A stretch of 64,000 bases of DNA from Emiliania huxleyi CCMP1516 (Eukaryota), in NCBI RefSeq assembly GCF_000372725.1, contig NW_005201249.1, forward strand, positions 86,198 to 150,197, in the 5' to 3' direction. Within the stretch, counting starts at the first letter, position 1. Every line of letters starts with the position of its first letter. Position numbers and translations under genes: made by a program. Positions 1 through 11,137 of this stretch are shown one piece after another. The notes under the pieces were generated by a model, which searched no databases, was not told the origin of the DNA, and was given only the letters and a program-made list of their open reading frames with translations.

Positions 1-338
1 CGGGGTTCCCACAGCGAGGTGTGGGGGCGCTCAGGCTCGTTGTAGGTCTATTGTTGGCAAATCAAGACACATAGCTCACACAGAATCACAGCGGGAGGAA
101 AGCGGCGATCACGACTCTCACAGTGATTTCTTCCAGAGATGGTGCGGGGGTACGGGTGTTCCAGGGGGTACGACACGCACCGACCCTTCACGACCCGAAA
201 GGCTGTCTTGTGGTCGGCCGTGAAAGATTTTTTCCTTTTTGGATGGTTCTTAAAGAAAATTCTTTTCCCATTCTTTTCCCGAGCACTTTCCGACGACGCC
301 TTCTGTGAGGAGGACGGCATCTGTGAGGGCGACGGCTT

Positions 339-575
339 GTACCCGGTGTAAAAGAAAGAAAGAAAACAGACAACCCAAGGGAGGGATGGGAGAACGGCAC
401 GCCGCCACCACACAGGGATTTTAAGGAGAGGGGTGTGGTGCGCTAGCCGTCGCCCACCCTAGGGAGTCTGCCTCTTCCTATCTCATGTACCCGGTGTAAG
501 AATTTAAACAAAAGAACTCTCTAAGAAAGAAAGAAAGAAAACAGACACGCCAAACGAGGGATGGGACGAGGACAG
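339..575 (+). repeat. Dispersed repeat (TGTACCCGGTGT..AAGAAAGAAAGAAAACAGAC..GAGGGATGGGA), two copies here; third copy on minus at ~11090-11145
   Basis: Near-identical motif at 339-405 and 487-575 and reverse-complemented at 11090-11145. Confidence 0.7.
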
Positions 576-818
576 GGTCCCCACCTGCACGAGCAGGATT
601 TTGGAAGAACGATCAGGGGGACAGGTGGGGCTCTCCTGCTCCTGACAAGGGACACGACAGGCTCGCAGCGCGGTGCGCGGTGGACTCCCACATCCACTGG
701 CGGTCTCATCTCAGTCTAGCGACCTGCCTCCAGCTTGTCGCTGGCAGTCTCTCCTACCACAGGCACACTGACACAGGGGTGGCAGGGGCGGCGGCACGAG
801 TCGTATGTACCCGGTGTC

Positions 819-1018
819 GTGCGAGGGAGTTTTGTTCTAAAATTCTTTCCCGTGGTGTACCTGTGTTAGTGCCAGTGCGCGCCAGTCCCGTGCCCAGTGT
901 TGTGCGAGGGAGTTTTGTTGTAAAATTCTTTTCCCGAGCGTGTACCTGTGTTAGTGCCAGTGCGCGCCAGTCCCGTGCCCATTGTTGCTGGAGTTTTCCC
1001 AAATTCTTTTTGTGAGAG
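819..1018 (-). repeat. ~83-bp tandem repeat (about 2.3 copies) of a dispersed family also at 12106-12196 and 45564-45660
   Basis: Unit GTGCGAGGGAGTTTTGTT..AAAATTCTTT..GTGTTAGTGCCAGTGCGCGCCAGTCCCGTGCCCA starts at 819 and 902; its reverse complement is at 12106. Confidence 0.8.
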
Positions 1019-1097
1019 GGGCCTGTATTGCCAGAATTCTTTTCCCGAGGACTGCCTCCATCATCCAGCTGCCTGACGTGCATCCAAGCGTGCATGT

Positions 1098-2045
1098 ATG
1101 CACGCCCTCTTCACGCTCGCGCTCGCTCTCGCATCGCCTCAGATCACCTCCAGGGCAGAGCTTCGCATCGCCATCGGCGACTCGCCTCCACAGACGCTGT
1201 CGCTAGGCCTGTACGGCACCGCGGCGCCTGAATCTGTGGCGCTCTTTGAAGGGCTTTGTCGAGGCATCTCGGACGCGGGTCGGCCGCCCAAAACGCTCAC
1301 CTACGCTGGGTCGAGCATCTCCCGGATCGAGCGCGACAGAATCATCGTTGGAGGCTCGCTCTCTGGTGCAGCTCTCGTTTGCTGCGTCTGTATGAGTCCG
1401 CAGGGGTCGCCGCAGCCTCGTCCACGTCTACGACTGTAGGCGGCAACGGCCGCAAGGTGGATCGCGAGATCGACGCCACCGGCTACGTCCGCACCGAGAC
1501 ACTCAGCCGCGCCGACGCCTTTGCCAACGACGACTCCAACGCCCTGCCACATGACCGCGCTGGCTTGCTGTCGATGCGCCGTGGCGGCCGCGCCTTTGAG
1601 TTCGGGCTGACGCCGTGCGCCAACCGTGCGCTCGACGCGACGCGCATCGTGGTTGGGGAGGTGCTGGGCGAGGCGGACGGCGGCGCGGGCCTCAGGCTCC
1701 TCTCGACGCTCAATGACTTGCCTGCGCGGCAGCCGTCCGCGGTGAGCGAGCTGGGTGGCGTCGCCGCGCTGTACGGCCTGCGGCGCCGCCTCATGCCTCG
1801 GGCCTCGCCGCTCGCGCGTGCCACGACCAGCGAGGCTGCCACGCAATTCCTGTAGGCTCGGCCTCGGGCTCGGCTTCGCTGGCTTGGTGGGCCAGGGCTT
1901 GCGGCTGGCCCGACGGGAGGCCCTCGCGGCGGCGGGCTTGGGGACGGCGGCCGCCTCCTTTGTGGGGACCGACCCGAGGGAGGGGAGGGACTTGGCGTAC
2001 CGCCCGCTGACAAAAGTGAGGATCGTGAGCGCGAGCGTCCTCTGA
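1098..2045 (+). CDS. Cyclophilin-type peptidyl-prolyl isomerase, probably plastid/secretory targeted (3 exons)
   Basis: Signal-like MHALFTLALALA; GLYGTAAPESVALFEGLC, LPHDRAGLLSM, FEFGLTP, LDATRIVVGEVL, RPLTKVRI. Introns ~1366-1439 and ~1783-1855. Confidence 0.8.
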
Positions 2046-2254
2046 GGAAAAGCGAAACGACAAAGAATCAAAGAAAGATGATTGGCCTGTTGGAAGAAGA
2101 AAAAGAAAAATAAGGTCAGAAATCGCCGACAGGCAAACCGCGGAGTGCTTACTTTTTTACTGTGCGAGTTCTTTTTGTTGAATACTTTTTTTACCCATTG
2201 TTCGGATCCGAACAGTTGACAACGGACGTCCCATGGCCCGACGCATCGCGCGCT

Positions 2255-4383
2255 ATGGCGGACAGTGCGCAAAAGGCCCGACAAGCCCAACAGGCACACG
2301 AGGCCGCTGCCAATGGCCAGGTCTATGCGCTCCGCGTCCTCGCCGAGCAGTGCGGCAGCGAGGCGCTGATGGCTGCGGATGCGTGGGGCGACACGCCAGC
2401 GCACTGGGCCGCTTTCAATGGCCATGTCGACGTGCTCCGCTTCCTCGCCGAGCAGTGCGGCAGCGAGGTGCTGACGGCTGCGGCTGCGAATGGCCGCACG
2501 CCAGCGCACTGGGCCGCTAAATATGGCCATGTCGACGCGCTCCGCTTCCTCGCCGAGCAGTGCGGCAGACAGGCGCTGACGGCTGCGGCTGCGGACGGCG
2601 ATACGCCTGCGCGACTTGCCGCTAGATCTGGTCACGTCGACGTTCTCTGCTTCCTCGACGAGTCAGCGAAAGCGGCAGTGACGGCTAAGATGGCTATTCT
2701 GGTAAGAAAGGGCGGCGAGCTGGGCACCTGGGGCCAGAAGCAGCCCGGCTTCTACAGCCTCTCCATCCTGTACGACGCCGCCGAGAAGCAGGCATGCCGG
2801 AGAAGAGCGACGCATAGCACCGCGCACCTCTCCTCTCCTCGGCGGGTTGCCCGCCTCATGCGCGCGTGCCGTCCACTGCGAGGCCATCGCCGCGCCGCAG
2901 CCGCTACGCGGGCGGCAACATGCGGCAGTGGTCCGCCGGCAAGGACGAGGGCTCGAAGCTCGCCGCAGCGCAGCGCATCGCGGAGGCTGTCCGCTTCCTC
3001 CATTCAAACGGCCTGATTCACCGCGACCTCAAGCCGGAGAACATCGTCTTCGACAGCGCTGCGGCCGACGCGGCGCCTGCGCTGTGCGACTTTGACTTGA
3101 GCCGAAGCGCGAACCTCTCGTCTCACACGACGACGCGCATTGGCACACCGTTGTACGTGCCGCCCTTTGCCCCAGAGCAGCTGCGCCCGACGTTCAAGTC
3201 GGACATCTTCTCGCTCGGGGTGACGCTCTTCGACGCGCTGCTGTGCGGAGCCGGTGGCCTCCCCAAGACGGGCACCGGCGAGCTCGACCTCGAGCGAATG
3301 CGCGGCGGCTCATCCGGCCCGTGCGAGCTCACCCTGGCGTACCCCGGAGGAGGAGAGGACCTAGCGGCGCTCCTACGGCAGATGCTCTCGCCGGAGCAGC
3401 AAGACCGGCCGACAGCGGCGGAGGTGGCAGACCGGCTGAGTGCGCAGCTCAACCAGCGGACCTGTCTCTTGTGCCACTGCCCCTACCCTCGCGATGAGGG
3501 CCTCGTGTGCCCTGTCGCCGGCGCCGCGCACTTTACCTGCGACGGCTGCATGGCGGCGCACGTGGCGCAGGCCGACTCGCTTGGCGGGGACGCGTTCGAC
3601 CGGATCGTTTGCTGCGACAAGCGATACACCGGCTGCACCGGCAGCTTCTCTTGGCAGGAGGTGATGGGGCACGTGGACGCGCTCTCTGCCGAGACGCTCC
3701 GCAAGCACCTCAGAGACGCGGTGGCGGTCCAGCAGCGCGAGGCGATCGAGGCCGAGTTCAAGCAGCGCGAGGCGGAGAGGGAGGCGCGGTCAGAGGTGGA
3801 GAGGAAGGCGCTCAAGGCGAGGCGCCATATCGAGGAGGACATCATGGCGCTCAAGTGTCCTCGGTGCGGGCAGTGTTTCGGCGCATTCGAGGGGTGCGCT
3901 GCGCTCACTTGCTCGCGCGCGACCTGCAAGGCGGGCTATAGAGGGCACCTTGGATACCGGGTACAGTATGTGATCACGAGTGAGGAGTACACAACGTAGG
4001 CGGGCTTCTGTGCTTTTTGCCTCGAGGACTGCGGCAGGGACGCGCATCAGCACGTGCCAGTCTGCAGCCTCAACCCGAGTCGCTCTCACTACATCGACGT
4101 TGCGGACTGGAAGCGCATCGTAGATGGCGAGCGGGGCCGCAAGCTGGAGGAGTACTGGCGCGGCTTGGCCGTCGAGGTGCAGGAGAAGCTCGCGATAGAT
4201 GGCTGCGTGCGGCAGATCTTGCGAGAGCTTCGCCTCGGGCGCCTCGGTGCCACGAGCCGCTTCGCAGCAGGCCTCGTGCAGCTGCGCGGTATGGGCTTCT
4301 CGGACGAGCGAAAGATGCGCACGATGCTCGACACGTACGAAGGGAACGTTGAAAGGGCTGCCGAAGCATTGGCTTCCGCATGA
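2255..4383 (+). CDS. Ankyrin repeat + protein kinase (C-lobe) + RING1/RING2 (RBR-like) + UBA protein
   Basis: GDTPAHWAAFNGHVDVLRFL repeats; IHRDLKPENI, CDFDLS, GTPLY, SDIFSLG; CLLC..C..HFTCDGC; CPRC..FEGCAALTC..C..FCAFC (after intron 3931-3999); LRGMGFSD..NVERA UBA motif. Confidence 0.8.
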
Positions 4384-4636
4384 CGTGCGATCGTATAGAG
4401 TATGTCGAGAACGAAATCGCTGTTTTTGTGCGTGTCGTTTTTTTGTCGTCTTGGCGGCGAGCACTTGGAGCACTTGGAGTGCAGTCGGCAACCGCCCGAA
4501 CGATAAAGAATCAAAAGGTCGTTGGCAAGAATAAAGAAAAAGAAAAACAAGGGCAATCGCCGCTGAGCCGCCCCGGCCGGCGAGCGAAGCTGCAAGCTCC
4601 ACACGCCCGTAGTAGCCAGATGCAGGACTTGTTGCG

Positions 4637-5423
4637 TTGGATGATTCACGACACCTTCTCGATCTCGCAGAACTCTGCCTGAATCGCATCTCTGAGCTCT
4701 GCGACACACGGCGAGACCAAGCGCACTTTGCGTCGGCCTGCCGCGCCCTTCGGGAAACAACGCCGCGGCAAGCCCTCGTCATCTCCGGGCCGGACTTTAC
4801 CCTCAGAGGGCCGCAAGGCGGCCACTGGGCGCCGGAGGCTTACTTTCAAACACCTGCGCTCCCCGCCGCGCTGGCGGGTCTGAAGATGAGCCTCGTTTGG
4901 AAGGACCAGGTTGTGGCCCTGCGCCAGCCGAGTGCACCCTACTCATCCAAACCAGGGATCAGCCTTCCATCAATCGCTAGGGCTGGGGCAATCGCAAAGG
5001 CACCATCGTGGTCAGGCTCATGCGCAGGCGACGGCTGCCAGTGGAGATCACCTCCCACTGAAACGACCATGTGAGTGTGTGAGTGTGTGCGGCATGTCAG
5101 GCCGCCGCGCGACGAGGTAGAGGCGGTGGTGGCAGAGGACACCTCCCTCTTCGGCGTGGCACCACACGCGTGGGAAGACGGCCTGGTCGAGCTCGACGCC
5201 GCGCACCCGATCGTCTCGCAGGCGGAGGCTGGCGACACGCTCTCCTTTTTGCGAAACGCAGGCCCCCTCCTCGCCCCCCCAAGGGTCTTTGAGAGGCCAA
5301 GCCGAGAAGCGTTGCTTTTGTCGCGAGCATTGTGCATCGCCTGTAGGCGGCGGCGGCGGCCACTCCCTCTCGGTCAAGTCGTTTCGTGTCGAGCTCGCCC
5401 TGCGCCCTGGCGCCATTGGGTAG
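4637..5423 (+). CDS. Hypothetical F-box-like protein with WKDQGWGNRKG / GGGGGHSL domain (start unresolved)
   Basis: LLDLAELCLNRISEL..ASACRALR resembles an F-box; exons join as WKDQ|GWGNRKG and RNA|GGGGGHSLSVKSF across short introns. Confidence 0.5.
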
Positions 5424-5799
5424 GAGATGGGTAAAAAGGAGCCGCCGGGCCAAGATATGCTTATGCAAGAACGCACATGACACCACACATTGTGTATGTG
5501 TCTGATCCACTTTCTGATCCTCAGAGAGACCCCTCGGACAGCCACACCGGGCGACGCACCGCAGCACAGACACACGGAGTGTCAAAGTCAATCACATGCA
5601 CAAACAACGTTTCCTGACTATTTCCTGCGGTGTTCCACGCCGTCGCACCTGACGAAATCTTTATACACCGTACATGAACGATGTGTCATATTGCAATCGA
5701 TTTTTCGGATGAGGGATAAGCATACTCCAAGGCGGCAAAAGAACGAAGCTGAAGAGTAAAACACCCGCGAGAGTCGCGCCGGCCGCGAACGCGCTCTCG

Positions 5800-6966
5800 T
5801 CACGCCGCCTCTTCTGGCTCCGCGCTGGCGCCGCCGGCCAGCGATGCCTCGTAGTACCGGCGGCGGGCGGGGTCGATCCCGCAGAGGGAGGTGAGCGCCG
5901 CTTCCCGCTCGGCCGCCTCCGCCTCCGTCGCAGCGCCCGCCTCGCCAAGCAGCGCGAGCGCGTGTGCGAGCGCCTACCACGACGCACAGTCCATCACGCT
6001 AAGCGACCCTCCGACTCAAGGCCGTGCGAGGTCGTGTGCTGAGCGGACCGCGAGGGGCCACTTTGCGTCCGGCTCGACGTCTCTCAGCTCGCGCAGCACC
6101 TCCGCCTCGCCGCGCAGCAGGCTCGCCCACTCTGCGACGGAGGAGGCGTCCTCCCTCGCCTGCCCGCCCCCGCCCCCGCCACTGCCACCGCCGCACCCGC
6201 CGCCGGTTGGCCGCAGGCGGGAGAGGACCCAGCGGTGGTAGAACCAGGCGGACTGGTCCTCGGGCGCCGTGAAGAAGGCGTTGCGCAGCAGCTCGAGCTC
6301 CGCCAGTAGAGCAGCGCGCAGCGCCCCCGACGCTGCGGCGGTGGCGGCGGGGTCGGCCGCCGCGTGCATCGCGGGCAGCAGCTTTGACCGGTAGTGCCAC
6401 GCGGAGTAATTTGAGAAGTTGGCCTCGACCTTCTGGGTGGTGAAGCGCAGCTCCGCCTCGGCGGTCACCTTGGACAGCTGCACGACAAAGCGGCGGTGCG
6501 TCCAGCAGTGAAAGTTCCGCTCATCGAGGCTAAGGAGCTTGGTGGTCAGCTTGAGCTCGCGCGCGTAGGCCCAGCCGCAGCCGCCCCAGGTGAGCACCCA
6601 GGTGCGATGGTACCACACCGGGTACGACTTTGGGTTCGCGCCGAGGCACGCCTGTGTCAGCGCAAGCTCCGCCTCGCAAGCCGCCCGCACGGCGCCTGCC
6701 GGTTCGGCGGCGGCGTCGGGCGGCACCGAGGCGCCGTGGAGGGACTGCAGACACTCGCGCCGGAAGTTCCAGATCGGCGCCATGTCAGGGTTCACCTCGA
6801 GCACCCTGGCGGCCGCCTCGAGTGACGCCGCATCCCAGAGGCCGGCTGCGCGGCGCGCAAAGGCGGCGCGCGAGAGCGCGGAGTAGCTGGCGGCGCGCTG
6901 GACGTTCTCGAGCCGCTTGGCCGCAGCTTGCTCCGCGGACAGGTGCTTCTTCTTGACGTTGTGCAT
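5800..6966 (-). CDS. RABGGTA: Rab geranylgeranyltransferase (type II) alpha subunit
   Basis: MHNVKK start; PPTA repeats NPD..IWNFRR, NPKSYPVWYHR, DERNFHCWTHRR, NFSNYSAWHYRS, PEDQSAWFYHRW; last exon IDPARRRYY after a short intron. Confidence 0.9.
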
Positions 6967-7084
6967 TTATGGGACTGCGGCCTTGTCGCAGTCGAGAGAG
7001 GACACGTCGAACAAGAAACCGCTTCGATTCTGGCAGTGAGCATCTACAAAGCGCACAGCGTCGCTACTCCCAGATCATTCATCA

Positions 7085-7892
7085 TGCAGCATGGCTCGGC
7101 TTTTGGAATGCGTTGCAGCTACCGGGCGTGGCTAGGCGGGAGGCGGTGCGCTTCATCGCCGTCAGCCAGTACCAGGCGGGCGCCTTCCTCAACGCCGTCC
7201 CCTCGCGCCGCGACTTTCGTATCCCGACGTGGGCGCTGCGCATCGCCGTCCAGCGGCGCCTCGGGCTACCACTTGACGAGGCGCTCGCGCGGGGCGCGCC
7301 GACCTGCTCGGCGCGCGGCGGCAAGGTGCAGGACCCACTGGGCGACGCGGCCAGCAACATCGGCCGCCTCGGGCACTGCGGCCGCCACAACAGCCTCCTC
7401 GCCGCCCTGGCCAAGGTCATGCGGAGCGTGTGGGGCATGCTCGTCGAGGTGGAGCCGCGGGACCACCTCGGCTACTCTAACGACTACCGGCCCGACGTCT
7501 CGGTGGCGGGCGCCGGCCGCTCGCGCTCGCGCCTCGTCGGCGACGTCAAGTTCAAGGACTCGCTCTCCTCCAACCCGGAGGACGTCGGCCAGCGAGGCGC
7601 TTTCGTCGGCCTCGGCAACACCGAGCCCGGCACGAGCGCGGACGTCTTCGGCCTCGAGCAGCGCGGCGCTGTCGGGGACGGCGACTTCAGGCCGAGCGAC
7701 GGCGGCGGCTATGTGGCGTACAAGAAGGCGGACTACGCGCACGCCCTCTCGCGCTCGGACACCGACGTGCAGATGTACCTGTTCGAAACCTTCGGCGGGT
7801 GGTGCAACGCGGTCAAACGGCTGTTCTACCAGATGAAGGACAAGGTGCGCAACAAGCTCTCGAAGCGGCAGCACGAGGACGAGGCGAGCTGG
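7085..7892 (+). mobile_element. Fragment of RLE-type (CRE/R2-like) non-LTR retrotransposon, C-terminal restriction-like endonuclease region
   Basis: AGAFLNAVP..RIAVQRRLGLPL, DPLGD, RHNSL, RPDVSV..GDVK, ETFGG; truncated at both ends. Confidence 0.75.
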
Positions 7893-8059
7893 CGGGCGGC
7901 GCCGTCCTCCGGCAACTGAGCGCCTCCTACACGGTGGGCGTGTGGGGATACAGCACAGACCCGGACGACGTGAACAGCGCGATCAATCTGGTGCAGAGCG
8001 GTGTGACCTTTGTCAACACAGACATGCCGCACAAGTTTATGGCGGCGGCAGCGGCGTAG
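7893..8059 (+). pseudogene. Orphan C-terminal fragment resembling glycerophosphodiester phosphodiesterase
   Basis: TVGVWG..DD....LVQSGVTFVNTDMP matches the last GDPD strands; no upstream part visible. Confidence 0.5.
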
Positions 8060-8569
8060 AAGCAGGAGGGTCGGCGCGCACGGTGGCGTGCGGGTGCTCC
8101 TCGCACTACGCGCGTTTGCTTGCGTGCCGTGCACGAGGTGTGATCGTGGCCACCTGTAGCTTGGGTGTAGTGAGACATAGACATCGTGGGTTTCACAGAC
8201 GGCGTGTGCAGAGCTGCGTGACGAGATTGACGTGTGAGTGTCAGTTCTCCCGGGTCGTCTCGCGCGAGACATCATAGCCAACATATAGACACATTTCGCG
8301 CCGAAAACAGAGAGACCACAGGAGATACAGTACCGCCCCCGCGCTCTCGGTCTCGCGTCTCGGGGAGGCGTCGCGTCTCAGCTCTCACACCTTGCGCGCA
8401 TGAGATGTCACATGATGGAGCACATTACTCAGATGTAATTCGTCGATCGGCCGTCCTCTTCACACATCTCATTGAGATTGTTATTCAAATTCCATGTTCA
8501 CAGCAATTGTCTCCCCTTTTTTTTCACCACCTGAGATCCCGAATTTCAGCCCTGCAATTATGACCCCAA

Positions 8570-8700
8570 CTGACCTGACCTGACCTGCCGTACTGCCCTG
8601 CCCGCGTACTGCCGCACAACTGCCCTGCCCTGCCCTGCCCGATCCCCTACCTGCCCCGGGTGTGAAACCCACACTGCCCTGCCCTGCCCTTCCCACACTG
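8570..8700. repeat. Low-complexity pentamer repeats (CTGAC)n/(CTGCC)n
   Basis: Seen directly. Confidence 0.7.
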
Positions 8701-8769
8701 CCGAGGTGTGAATAGCCGGCCGCTCCCGAGGTCTCGAACAAACTTCTCCATAGCGTATATGTACATGAT

Positions 8770-8847
8770 TGGCGCTGGCGCCTGCTGTTGACAAGTGGGA
8801 TCATCTGGCTTCCGGAACACCTCCGCGAAGCTGCCCCCAGCAGGCGT
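8770..8847. repeat. Hairpin-forming dispersed repeat; second copy at 18946-19015
   Basis: GCGCCTGCTGTTGACAAGTGGG..GGCTTC..GAAGCTGCCCCCAGCAGGCGT shared by both loci. Confidence 0.7.
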
Positions 8848-9170
8848 TTGTTTGACCAAAATCCAAATCTCCCTACTCCAGTTGAGGCTGCCCTCGGACC
8901 CGAGAATCGTACGAACTGCGATTGCGTCCGATCGGACGTCCCTGTCCATCTGCATCTCGTTCCTATATTCGACGTTCTTGCTCATATGCGTTTTCGGGTT
9001 CCGATTCGTTTCCGATTCGTTTCCAGTTCCCCCTCCCTGACGAAATTCTTGCCCTCTCCTTTTTACATACATATATTCAATGTCACGAAAGAGAGCGAGC
9101 AGACAGCAGCGCAGTCGACTGGATGGCAGCACATGCCCCGCGCGATGCTGTCGCTCCGCCATTGAGCGTC

Positions 9171-9762
9171 TCAGTGGTGCGGGCCGTGATAGGGAGGGGC
9201 CCCGATGTATGCGCCTAGCTGGCCGCCGCCGTCGCAGCGGCACTTGAGCGCCACAGACAGCTCGTGCGCGCGCGTGAGCGACTCGATCTCTTCGGGCGTG
9301 AACTCCTCGAGGTCGCGAGACGAGTGCCGCCCGCGCCGTAGCGACGGAGGCGCCGCCGCCACAGCCTCCGCCGGCAGCGGCAGCATCGACGCGTCGAGGG
9401 CGTCGGGTCGCCACACGGCGTGCTGCACGTGGCAGCGCCTCCGGTAGCGGAGGCAGCAGGGGCACACGGCGGCGTGGCGCCCCGCGGGCATGTGCCTGAC
9501 GAGGAGTTAGGGTCGGGGTCAGGGTTAGGGTTAGGGTTAGGGTCAGAGCTAGGGTTAGGGTTAGAGATAGGGTCAGGGTCAGGGTCGGGGCTAGGGTTAG
9601 GGTCAGGGCTAGGGTTAGGGTCAGGGTTGACGGCCCGCAGGTATGTGCCTTGCGAGGGGTTGGCGAGATGGTCCGAGAGAGTGGTCGGCTCTGTGGCTGA
9701 TGGCAGTGAGGGAGGGAGGGAGGGAGGGGAGGAAGGGAGGGAGGGAGGGAGGGAGGGAGGGA

Positions 9763-9824
<62 letters not shown>

Positions 9825-10652
9825 TAGAGTAGAGTAGAGTAGAGTAGAGTAGAGTAGAGTAGAGTAGAGTAGAGTAGAGTAGAGTAGAGTAGAGTAGAGT
9901 AGCAAGCGCCTGGCGAGGAGGCCGGGGTGACTCGACAGGCCAAGCCGAGAGACGAGGCGGAGGGCGGCGCGGCGCGAGGAGGGCGAGGGTGAGGAGCCGG
10001 GCGCAGAGGCGGAGGAGGAGGGCGAGTGGAGGCCCTCGGAGAGGGGAAGTGGCCACACGTACGAAGGCCGCTGATCGGACCCGCGCGGCAAGGCGATGCG
10101 GAGCGTCCCTAGGGGGTAGGGATCACGGGGTGAGGTTCCGGCGCCCCACAGGCTTGCCGCAGTCTTGAGGAGGAGCGCACCAGAGGCGCTCATGGTCGGG
10201 GAGAGGCCGCACGCCCGCACGGCGGCCGCGTCCGCGTCGTCCAGCCGCGTCACGCAATTGTGCAGCAGCTCGCACCGCAGCGGCAGCAGCGGCATCTGGC
10301 TCCAGAGGGCAAAGAGCGGGTTCTTAGGAGCGCTGAGTGAGCTGTCACCGTCGCCATCCAGCCCGAGAGTGAGCGAGCAGCCCTCCTCGTCGTCGCCACC
10401 CTCAGCCTCCTCCTCGAGCGCCGCGTGCAGCCGCGCTAGCTCGCGCTGTGCCGCACCCAGGTGAGTACGAATGAGCAGCACCGCTGCCAGCTTTGCGAGA
10501 CGGCGCAGCGCGCGGCACGTCGCGCTTAGCCGAGCGAGCTGCGTCGCCTGGGCCGGCGGGGCCGGCTCTAGCCGGGTGAGAATAGCGATGATGCAGTCGC
10601 ATGGAAGAAGCAGCAGCTCAGGAGCTGTGTCGTCGGTGTCATCGTCAGGCAT
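9171..10652 (-). CDS. F-box-like protein with Cys-rich C terminus (3 exons)
   Basis: LLLLPCDCIIAILTRL..LARLSATCRALRRL; frame is preserved across introns ~9698-9909 and 9496-9648; C-terminal CPCC..C..CRC. Confidence 0.6.
9506..9628. repeat. Degenerate telomere-like (TTAGGG)n array inside an intron
   Basis: TTAGGG/TCAGGG/CTAGGG units. Confidence 0.9.
9707..9902. repeat. Compound microsatellite (GGGA)n-(GA)n-(GAGTA)n forming an intron
   Basis: Seen directly. Confidence 0.9.
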
Positions 10653-11137
10653 TTGCGTCACTGATGAAAGAAAGAAAGAAAACATTCCGATATTTCGTAG
10701 CGAAACGGCATTTTTTTGTTAGGGGCATACCGCGTTTTACGCCGAGAGCGGGAACCGAGAGGCGAGAGGCGAGAGAAGCCGAGCTGATCGAGGGTGGCGG
10801 GAGAGGGGAGCCGGGCGTGAGTCAGCCGTGACATCGTCGAGATCTTCTTAGGCGCCGGCGCGAAAGGACGGACGACACCACAGCTACAACAGTCAGGGAA
10901 GCCGAGCGGACCGCGGCCAAAACATCGGTTATCAAGGGATCGGCACTTCGGGAGACGGCGTTGTCGCAGAACGAGGGTCGAGGGCTCGAGGCCGAGGAGA
11001 GAGCGATGAGTCAGAGGCTGAAACAGCAGGAGCGAGAGAGAATGACGAGAGTCGAGAGACGAGACTCTAGAGTGGGCGGAAGAACGCGGCGTGCGCCCTC
11101 CTCTCCCATCCCTCGTTGGTGTGTTTTCTTTCTTTCT

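Noticed and set aside
9506..9628. True chromosome end
   Set aside because: Short, degenerate, and flanked by in-frame exons on both sides.
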